64,000 nt of DNA from NCBI GenBank assembly GCA_016936975.1, contig JAFGWU010000005.1, positions 18,327-82,326 on the forward strand, written 5' to 3'. A program made the position numbers and the translations under genes. The notes beneath the pieces were generated by a model. The model did not search any database and was not told the DNA's origin. It saw only the letters and a list, made by a program, of their open reading frames with translations. Source of the DNA: Bacteroidales bacterium. Its GTDB lineage: Bacteria; Bacteroidota; Bacteroidia; Bacteroidales; GCA-2748055. This document shows, one piece after another, positions 36,592 through 43,891 of the stretch; the first letter of the stretch is position 1; the number at the start of each line of letters is the position of its first letter.

Positions 36592-37075
36592 TCCGTTCGA
36601 GAACTTTTTCCAGATTGGAGTTCGGTTTGATCAGGATCGTACGGATACCCGCATTCCTTCCGGCTTCCACGTCACTTTGCTTATCCCCTATGAAGAATGA
36701 TTGCCCGGGATCGATCCGGTATCGTGCCATTGCCTTTTGAAGCATCAGCGGTTTAGGTTTCCTGCAGAGGCAGTTTTCGACTTCATCGTGATGGGGGCAG
36801 TAGAATATATCTGTGATAATAATCCCCTCACGTTCCAGTATCTCCGTCATGTACTGATGGAGCCGGTCGACATCCTCCTTGCTGTAAAGGCCTTTGCTGA
36901 TTCCACCCTGGTTGGAAACAACAATCAGCAAATACCCTTTACCCTGCAGAAATTTCAAAGCACTGACAACGCCCGGATTCAGGCTGAAATTTTCAATCCT
37001 GTGAATGTAATATTCTTTCGTGTCGTCATTGATCACCCCGTCCCTGTCTATAAAAATTGCCTTACGCATGTTCAA
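36584..37075 (-). CDS. gmhB: D-glycero-D-manno-heptose 1,7-bisphosphate phosphatase (HAD-IIIA)
   Basis: FIDRDGVIN, VVSNQGGI, CRKPKP and GDKQSDVEAG. Confidence 0.8.
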   Translation of the reverse strand: MNMRKAIFIDRDGVINDDTKEYYIHRIENFSLNPGVVSALKFLQGKGYLLIVVSNQGGISKGLYSKEDVDRLHQYMTEILEREGIIITDIFYCPHHDEVENCLCRKPKPLMLQKAMARYRIDPGQSFFIGDKQSDVEAGRNAGIRTILIKPNSNLEKVLERIN

Positions 37076-37081
37076 TACAGA

Positions 37082-37696
37082 TCAAAAAAATGAGTTCCAG
37101 AATATTTTTATCAGTTCCGGTTCGACCAGCACCGGAAAAATAAAACCGAATACCGCTCCCCAGAAATGGGCTTCATGGTTGATATTATCTTTGCTCCGTC
37201 GCGTCATGATGCTCGAATAGATGAGATACAACACCCCGAAGACAATACCGGGAATGGGTAAAACCATGTAAAAATAGATCTTTTCCAGCGGGGCAAAGAA
37301 AATGTAGGTAAAAATTATTGCCGATACGGCTCCGGAAGCGCCTACCGCTCCATAACCGGGATTGCTCCGGTATTTGATAACAGTTGAGACGGTCGAAAGC
37401 ACGATGCTCCCGAAATAGAGCAGAACGAAAAAGAAAGTGCCTGAGAAAATGATGCCCTGTTCCTCCAATCCCCTGAATTTAGATTCGACCGCTGTTCCAA
37501 AAAAATAGAGCACCACCATATTTATGATAAGATGCACATAATCGGCATGAAGAAATGCATGGGTAATCAGACGGTGGTACTCTCCGGATCGTATGATACT
37601 GTATGGAGACAGCTCCATTCCGGAGAAAAGCCTCCGGGATCTGAATGCCAGAAGGGAACTCACACTTGTGACGACGACGATTACCAGTGTGACCAT
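37082..37696 (-). CDS. Rhomboid-family intramembrane serine protease
   Basis: 204 aa, about 6 TM segments. HAFLHADYVHLIINM, the GASGAVSAI catalytic Ser motif and a downstream His (HEAHFWGAVFG). Confidence 0.8.
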   Translation of the reverse strand: MVTLVIVVVTSVSSLLAFRSRRLFSGMELSPYSIIRSGEYHRLITHAFLHADYVHLIINMVVLYFFGTAVESKFRGLEEQGIIFSGTFFFVLLYFGSIVLSTVSTVIKYRSNPGYGAVGASGAVSAIIFTYIFFAPLEKIYFYMVLPIPGIVFGVLYLIYSSIMTRRSKDNINHEAHFWGAVFGFIFPVLVEPELIKIFWNSFF

Positions 37697-38698
37697 TCAA
37701 TGCAATATTTTAAAGATCATCTCTTTCAACAGACTGCCCGAAGAGGTGGTGTCTCCGTTGAATCCCTTGGAGCGCATGTCGTATTCCCTGAGTATCGATA
37801 TGATCTCTACCAGTTTGACGGGTTTATATCTTTTTGCCGCCTCGACAAGCCCGGAAACAAAATAAGGATTCACATTGAAGAGGGCTGCTAAATTTTTTTG
37901 TGACCTATCCTTAACGTAATAATATTTCAGCAATTTGAGGAAATAGTAGTACAGGGAAGATATGGTCAGGGTAATATGATTATTCTTCTCGTTCTGTGCG
38001 AAGTAATTTATGATTCTGTTGGCTTTAAGGACATCTTTGTTTCCAAGGGCATTCTGAAGTTCAAATTGGTTGTAGTCCTTGCTAATCCCAATATTCTTTT
38101 CAATATGTTCGGGGGTGATGGTTGTTTCTTTGTCGGACAGGGTAATGATCAGCTTTTCTATTTCGTTGGTTATTTTCGAAAGGTCGGTCCCCAGGAATTC
38201 TGAAAGGAGGGAGGCTGCTTTTGGCTGGATGCTGTATTTGCGTCCCGACAGGTAACCGGTGATCCATCCGGGTATCTGGTAATCGCGCAGTTTTTTCGAT
38301 TCGAAACAGATCGCATGCTGACTGAGTGCTTTAAAGACTTTCTTTCGGTTATCGGGATTCCTGTATTTATAGTTCAATACCAGGAGTGTTGACTTTAAAG
38401 GTTTTTCGACGTAATGAACCAGGTCATCGAAACCGTTCAGATCCTGTGCCTCCTTCACAATTACAACCTGCAGGCTGGCCATCATCGGAAAGCGCTTTGC
38501 CAGGTTCATGACCTCCCGGCCATCACTGTCCTTCCCGTACACAATCATCTGATTGAAGCTTTTCTCAGCATCTGTCAGAACATTTTTTGAAATAAACCCG
38601 GTGATCAAATCAATATAATATGGTTCCTCTCCATACAGGAAATAAACCGGGTGATAAATTTTTTTCTGCAGTTCTCCAATAATATTTTCGTAAGTCAT
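37697..38698 (-). CDS. holA: DNA polymerase III delta subunit
   Basis: 333 aa with PVYFLYGEEPYYID at the N-terminus and delta-like helical C-terminal domains. The stop abuts the rhomboid start codon. Confidence 0.8.
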   Translation of the reverse strand: MTYENIIGELQKKIYHPVYFLYGEEPYYIDLITGFISKNVLTDAEKSFNQMIVYGKDSDGREVMNLAKRFPMMASLQVVIVKEAQDLNGFDDLVHYVEKPLKSTLLVLNYKYRNPDNRKKVFKALSQHAICFESKKLRDYQIPGWITGYLSGRKYSIQPKAASLLSEFLGTDLSKITNEIEKLIITLSDKETTITPEHIEKNIGISKDYNQFELQNALGNKDVLKANRIINYFAQNEKNNHITLTISSLYYYFLKLLKYYYVKDRSQKNLAALFNVNPYFVSGLVEAAKRYKPVKLVEIISILREYDMRSKGFNGDTTSSGSLLKEMIFKILH

Positions 38699-38706
38699 AT
38701 CCTGTT

Positions 38707-39483
38707 TCAGTCAAATCTGAGATGTTTAACCGATTCGCGGTTTTCCATAATCTCTTTCAGTGAATCAATAGCAATCTTAATGTGCATTTGTGCAAAATTC
38801 TCGGTGACCAGTTTATCGCTTTTCTGGGTTTTTACCCCGGAGGAAATCATGGGCTGGTCCGACACCAGAAGCAGGGCACCGGTCGGAATTTCATTTGCGA
38901 AACCGACGGTAAAGAGGGTGGCTGTTTCCATGTCGATGGCCATGCTTCTGGTGGATCGCAGATACTCCTTAAAATTCTCATCGTGTTCCCAGACCCTTCT
39001 GTTGGTGGAGTAGACTGTACCGGTCCAGTAATCCATACCGTGATTCCGGATGGTTGAAGATACGGCTCTCTGGAGATTGAAAGCAGGAAGGGCAGGTACC
39101 TCCGGTGGAAGATAGTCATCCGAGGTGCCGTCACCCCTGATGGCTGCAATAGGCAGGATCAGATCTCCCAGCTTGTTCTTCTTTTTTAATCCGCCGCACT
39201 TCCCGATAAACAAAACCGCCCTTGGCATCACCGCACCGAGCAGGTCCATAACCGTTGCAGCGTTGGCACTTCCGATACCAAAATTGATCATGGTCATTCC
39301 ATTTGAATTGGCACAGGGCATAAATACGCTTTTATTAACTATTTTCGTATCGTTCAAAGTTGCGAATAACTCCAGGTAATTCGTAAAATTAGTCAGAATG
39401 ATATATTTCCCGAAGTCTTCCAGCTTGTTCCCGGTATACCTGGGCAGCCAGTTAAGGATGATTTCCCGTTTTGTTTTCATCAA
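38707..39483 (-). CDS. AMP nucleosidase-like (short form) / PNP_UDP_1-family nucleosidase
   Basis: 258 aa with NWLPRYTG at the N-terminus, GKCGGL and AIDMETATL (nucleoside phosphorylase fold). Confidence 0.6.
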   Translation of the reverse strand: MMKTKREIILNWLPRYTGNKLEDFGKYIILTNFTNYLELFATLNDTKIVNKSVFMPCANSNGMTMINFGIGSANAATVMDLLGAVMPRAVLFIGKCGGLKKKNKLGDLILPIAAIRGDGTSDDYLPPEVPALPAFNLQRAVSSTIRNHGMDYWTGTVYSTNRRVWEHDENFKEYLRSTRSMAIDMETATLFTVGFANEIPTGALLLVSDQPMISSGVKTQKSDKLVTENFAQMHIKIAIDSLKEIMENRESVKHLRFD

Positions 39484-39516
39484 TGTTATTTATAGTCGGT
39501 AAAGATACAACCAAAG

Positions 39517-39969
39517 GTGCAAAAATTAAATTTACCCCGGTATGATTTTAAATTTAGTGATGAAGGGGGCAGGCGGACCATCTTTGATCCATTCCGGAAA
39601 AAATATGTTCTGCTGACCCCTGAGGAGTGGGTCAGGCAGTCGTTCGTCAGGTATCTGACGGAAGAGAAGGATTATCCTGCTTCACTGATCATGACCGAGC
39701 AGGCCCTTCATCTCAACAGGATGATAAAACGGTGTGATGTAATCGTTCATAAGCCTGCAGGAAACCCGGTTTTGCTGATTGAATGCAAAGCCCCGGGGGT
39801 TCAGATCACCGGTGATAGTTTCGACCAGGTGTCGCGGTACAACATTGTTTTTCGGGTAAAATACCTGATGGTCACCAATGGATTGAAACATTATTGCTGC
39901 CGGGTGGATTTCGAAAGCCGCCAGCTGGAATTTCTCAATGACCTTCCTTGTTATGGTGAACTGGATTGA
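39517..39969 (+). CDS. Stand-alone HsdR_N-like PD-(D/E)xK domain protein
   Basis: 150 aa, GTG start. CDVIVHK...VLLIECKAP gives a D...ExK nuclease-like motif. No HsdM/HsdS genes nearby. Confidence 0.6.
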   Translation: MQKLNLPRYDFKFSDEGGRRTIFDPFRKKYVLLTPEEWVRQSFVRYLTEEKDYPASLIMTEQALHLNRMIKRCDVIVHKPAGNPVLLIECKAPGVQITGDSFDQVSRYNIVFRVKYLMVTNGLKHYCCRVDFESRQLEFLNDLPCYGELD

Positions 39970-40486
39970 TCAGCTGCAGCATCAGTTCATCAACATATTT
40001 GTGTTCTCTCTTCAGCCAATCCTGTTTAATTCCGGTTATCACAAAACCGGCATTTGTGAAAAGGTTCAGGCTTTCTTCATTGTCCCTGGCCACATTGCAG
40101 AAAAGCTGGTGCAGATCTAGCACCTCAAAACAGTATTTGATCAGGGTTTCGACTGACTGGCGGGCGTAACCTTTTTTCCGGTCCTGTGGCGCGGCGATCA
40201 GGATTCCGATCCCGGCCCGGTTATGAAAGGGATCATATTCAAACAGGTCAATGGCCCCGACCGGCTCCTTGTTTTCGGTTTTCTGAATCATCAGGCGGAG
40301 CTGTTTCATTTCATAAATATCCTTGCCCGCCTCTTCGAGGTACTTTTTCAGAACATACCTGGAAACTGGAACCAGTGTATTTGATACGTGCCAGACTGAA
40401 GGATCGTTCTCCCACAGATACAGGGTCTCCAGGTCTTCCGGTTCCGGAGCCCTCAGTTCAATCTCTTTATTCTGAAGCAGGTTCAC
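39935..40486 (-). CDS. GNAT-family N-acetyltransferase (RimJ/RimL-like)
   Basis: 183 aa with IELRAPEPEDLETLYLWEND and acetyl-CoA region QDRKKGYARQ. The GTG start lies 1 nt after the stop of the upstream TPR/PD40 gene. Confidence 0.7.
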   Translation of the reverse strand: MNLLQNKEIELRAPEPEDLETLYLWENDPSVWHVSNTLVPVSRYVLKKYLEEAGKDIYEMKQLRLMIQKTENKEPVGAIDLFEYDPFHNRAGIGILIAAPQDRKKGYARQSVETLIKYCFEVLDLHQLFCNVARDNEESLNLFTNAGFVITGIKQDWLKREHKYVDELMLQLINPVHHNKEGH

Positions 40487-40487
40487 C

Positions 40488-41936
40488 CTATTCTTTCCTG
40501 GTTTGGACCACCCTGTACCTGGTTCCCGATGAGGATTTGACCGTTATCCGGTCATTTTCGGCGTCATACTCCAGGTTTATTGTTTCCCCGGAATCATCTG
40601 TCAGTTTGATTAAAAAATTATTCTCACTCAGGCGGGTTAATGATTCCAGGTGGGATTCCTCGTATGGGATGATCTCAACAAACCAGAGGTCCTCCTTTCC
40701 CGTGCACTCTTCCGTGAAACGTGTATACAACCAGGTCTTTCCATCCCCGAGCGGAACAAAGTAGAGGTTGTCCTCGGTGGTGTTTATGGGAGAGCCTATA
40801 TTGGCTGGTTTGCTCCAGGAGCCATCCAGCATTTTTACCGACGTGAAGATGTCATATCCTCCCATGTTAAAATGACCTTTTGAACTGAAGAAGAGCGTTT
40901 TCCCGTCAGGGGCGACGTAGGGGGATGTTTCATCGTGACGGGTATTGATCAATTCGCCCATATTAACGGGCTGACCCCAGATTCCATCCGGTGTAAGATC
41001 CGAGAAATAGATGTCCAGGCCGCCGACTGATCCCCTTCTTGCACTTGAAAAGTAGATTCTTTTGCCGTCGGGGGCGAACGAGGCATGGTCCTCCTCCTGG
41101 TTTGAGTTGATTTCACCCTTCAGAGGCACCGCGGCACTCCATAGATTGCCATTATAACGGCTGTGGTAAATGTCGCTGTCGGATTTCCCCCTTTTTACCA
41201 GAAGAAGTTCGGTTCCGTCAGCGGAGAGTCCGGTCGGGAAAAGGTCTCCGTCCGACAGGATCTGCGGCGTGATGTTTACGGGATCGGTCCATTTCCCCTC
41301 TTTTTTTACCGACATTAATACCGCTTCATAAAAACGCTGACTGCTCACCCATACCAGCATATTCTCATCGGCGGAAATGACGCCGCAGTAGTCCGATTCG
41401 GGTGTATTGACCGGTTCTTCCAGGCAAAACGTTTTGAGATCCAGCCTTGCGTCCTGGATGATCTTCGCCCTTTCAACGGCGGCAATGCGTTCGTCCGTTA
41501 CGCCTGCATTATACTTATTTTCGAAATTTTTCAGTGATTTAAATGTTTCATAGGCGTCGAGAGCCAGGTCGAGCTGATTGGTAACAGCATAGGCATCACC
41601 CAGGTAGTACCAGGTATGATAGGGGGCTTTTTTCTCGGTGTACCGGTCGGCTTTGTACTTCAGGTTTATTTTTTCAGTGGCTTTCAGGAAACAGGGGATG
41701 GCTTCCTTCTCCAGACCCGGTATATTGAGATAACTCATTCCCAGCAGATACTGCACATTATTGTTTTCGGGTTCCATCCGGGACAGCTGCCTGAAGAGGT
41801 AAGCCGATTCTTCATAATCTTCTCTGTAATAGAAGAACAAAGCATCCTCAAATAATTCTTCAGGATTCTGATCCTGGGCCATTGCCGGCGACAGAGAACT
41901 GAAAAGGGACAGGAGTAATATCCAGTGAAGTTTCAT
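40488..41936 (-). CDS. Secreted TPR + PD40 (TolB-like beta-propeller) repeat protein
   Basis: Signal MKLHWILLLSLFSSLSPAMAQ, TPR-like N-terminus (YYREDYEESAYLF), and PD40 repeats (SFAPDGKRIYFSSARRGSVGGLDIYFS; SPYVAPDGKTLFFSSKGHFNMGGYDIF). Confidence 0.7.
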   Translation of the reverse strand: MKLHWILLLSLFSSLSPAMAQDQNPEELFEDALFFYYREDYEESAYLFRQLSRMEPENNNVQYLLGMSYLNIPGLEKEAIPCFLKATEKINLKYKADRYTEKKAPYHTWYYLGDAYAVTNQLDLALDAYETFKSLKNFENKYNAGVTDERIAAVERAKIIQDARLDLKTFCLEEPVNTPESDYCGVISADENMLVWVSSQRFYEAVLMSVKKEGKWTDPVNITPQILSDGDLFPTGLSADGTELLLVKRGKSDSDIYHSRYNGNLWSAAVPLKGEINSNQEEDHASFAPDGKRIYFSSARRGSVGGLDIYFSDLTPDGIWGQPVNMGELINTRHDETSPYVAPDGKTLFFSSKGHFNMGGYDIFTSVKMLDGSWSKPANIGSPINTTEDNLYFVPLGDGKTWLYTRFTEECTGKEDLWFVEIIPYEESHLESLTRLSENNFLIKLTDDSGETINLEYDAENDRITVKSSSGTRYRVVQTRKE

Positions 41937-41946
41937 CTCTTGTGTA

Positions 41947-43797
41947 TTATGGTACGATTTTCAGATGTTCGGGAACCTGTATGTCTTCAATAATTGAAAC
42001 GGGCAGGTTGGAAACAATCACCCTGAACTGGACCCTGCGGTTCAGTTTTCTGCCCTCGGGAGAGTCGTAATTATCTTTTGTCCGGTTAATGGCTATCGGT
42101 TCACTCTCACTTTTCCCTGTTACGTTGAGTCTTTTCTTATCAATACCCCTGGCGGCCAGGTAATCGGCAGCTGACGAAGCCCTGAGGAGGGATAGTCTCT
42201 GGTTATACTCATAAGCCCCTACAGCATCGGTGTGACCGATGATCTCGATATTCAGCTCCGGGAACTTAAGGAGCAGTTTAGCAATATTATCCAGTTTCTC
42301 TTTTGCGATTGCATCGAGCGCATAACTGTCAAATTCAAAAAACAACGGTTTAATGATGTATTCTTCAATTTCAGGTTTTTCCACCACAATTTCAGTTTCC
42401 GCGGCGATTTCCTCTTCGGCTTCTTCTTCGGCCACCGCTTCAATAGCTTCTTCTTCAGTTTCCGCGGCAACAATCTGCTCTTCTTCGGCAGGTTCTTCAA
42501 ATGCTACAGCCACCGGACGGGCATCCGCAGGGATAATGTCAAATTTGAAAATATCTTTTTGTCCTTCCCCTCCTTTGGCGAACAGACAGAGTTGATTCTC
42601 TCCCTGCATATAGACAGGAGAAAATGCGAAGTCATCATCCGTGGTGTTCACAGGATAACCCGGATTGACGGGCTGGCTCCAGCTTTCATCGGGAAGCAGT
42701 TCGCTGTAAAAGATATCATATCCCCCGATGGTGTTATGTCCCTGGGAACTGAAATAGAGTCTTTTCCCATCCGGACTGATGAACGGTGATTCTTCATTAA
42801 GAGGGGTGTTTATAGTGCTCCCAAGGTTCACAGCTTCGCTCCAGGATCCATCCCCCGAACGGTCGCATCTGAAAATATCCATTCCGCCCAGTGATTCATT
42901 CCGGTTACTGGTGAAATAGATGGACTTCTCATCGGGTGTAAGGCAGGCATGCGATTCAAAATATTTCGAGTTGACAGGTTTTCCAATCGGGTATGAGCGG
43001 TTCCATCGCCCGTTTGCCCATTCAGTAATAAAAATGTCACTTTCAAACTGATCGATCCAGGCAAGAAGTATTTTGGACCCATCCTGATTCAGTGACAGGA
43101 CGTACTGGTTTCCATCTGACTGGATGGAGGGGGTTATGTTCAGCGGTTTTGCCCATAATCCGTCGATCTTTTTGGCTACATAAACTCCGTTGTAGAAGCG
43201 GTGTTCACCCATGAAGGCGAGCGTGCCAAGATCACCTGAAACGACAGGATTGAATTTTGTTTCAGCGGTTTCAATAAGCTGGCCAAGATTTCCCTTTGAA
43301 ATTGCCACCGGATTGGCCATGGCTTTTCCGGCATTCTCACACGACTCAATCTGTTTATCGACATACATCAGCTGATAATCATCCTTATCGGAGAGCAGTT
43401 CCCTGTATTTATTATACTGTTCAATGGCTTTGTCCAGTTCATTGTTGATTCTGAAAGCATTTCCCAGGAATAATATGGCATCCAGTGGAGCCTGATCCTC
43501 CTTGAACGAACCTTCCCTGTAACGGTCTGTGACATCCTGTACCGCTTTTTCGAGATATGGAATGGATTCGGTTTTTCTTCCCGGTATATTCAGAAGGCAT
43601 ACCCCGATCTTGTAATTGATATTGGCGTTGTCCTGGAATCCGGAATTATACAATTTATTGTACACATACAATGCTTCCTTATAATCTTCTTCGGCGAAGA
43701 AAAATTCAGCATCATAGAAATCTTCCTTAATCTCCTTCTGGGCAAGGAGCATAAGGGAAATAGTCATAAATACCAGGGAAAAAATCATTCTTTTCAT
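41947..43797 (-). CDS. TPR + PD40 beta-propeller + acidic linker + OmpA_C-like peptidoglycan-binding domain protein (PorE-like architecture)
   Basis: Signal peptide and TPR region. PD40 repeats (CLTPDEKSIYFTSNRNESLGGMDIF; SPFISPDGKRLYFSSQGHNTIGGYDIF). E-rich linker. OmpA_C motifs IIGHTDAVGAYEYNQRLSLLRA...NRRVQF. Confidence 0.7.
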   Translation of the reverse strand: MKRMIFSLVFMTISLMLLAQKEIKEDFYDAEFFFAEEDYKEALYVYNKLYNSGFQDNANINYKIGVCLLNIPGRKTESIPYLEKAVQDVTDRYREGSFKEDQAPLDAILFLGNAFRINNELDKAIEQYNKYRELLSDKDDYQLMYVDKQIESCENAGKAMANPVAISKGNLGQLIETAETKFNPVVSGDLGTLAFMGEHRFYNGVYVAKKIDGLWAKPLNITPSIQSDGNQYVLSLNQDGSKILLAWIDQFESDIFITEWANGRWNRSYPIGKPVNSKYFESHACLTPDEKSIYFTSNRNESLGGMDIFRCDRSGDGSWSEAVNLGSTINTPLNEESPFISPDGKRLYFSSQGHNTIGGYDIFYSELLPDESWSQPVNPGYPVNTTDDDFAFSPVYMQGENQLCLFAKGGEGQKDIFKFDIIPADARPVAVAFEEPAEEEQIVAAETEEEAIEAVAEEEAEEEIAAETEIVVEKPEIEEYIIKPLFFEFDSYALDAIAKEKLDNIAKLLLKFPELNIEIIGHTDAVGAYEYNQRLSLLRASSAADYLAARGIDKKRLNVTGKSESEPIAINRTKDNYDSPEGRKLNRRVQFRVIVSNLPVSIIEDIQVPEHLKIVP

Positions 43798-43823
43798 TAC
43801 GGGGCAGATTTGTATGATTTATA

Positions 43824-43831
43824 CAAATTTA
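43824..43831 (-). promoter_or_regulatory. Candidate -7 box TAAATTTG (minus strand) upstream of the 41947..43797 gene
   Basis: The reverse complement of caaattta is TAAATTTG, 27 nt upstream of ATG 43797. It overlaps an 8-10 bp AT-rich hairpin (43806-43830). Confidence 0.3.
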
Positions 43832-43891
43832 ACAATTTAATCAAAAGAACAATAAAATATGAAGGTTTAAGGGGAAAAGCCAAATTATCTG

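Noticed and set aside
39517-40486. A defence or restriction-modification locus (HsdR_N domain plus GNAT, possibly toxin-antitoxin-like).
   Set aside because: There is no methylase, specificity subunit, helicase or antitoxin-like partner. The GNAT is translationally coupled to the upstream envelope operon instead. The context is housekeeping.
42252-42595. The K-rich (42252..42500, minus) and S/A-rich (42353..42595, plus) ORFs.
   Set aside because: They are alternative-frame and antisense readings of the GAA/GAG-rich acidic linker of the OmpA-domain protein, and are low-complexity artefacts.
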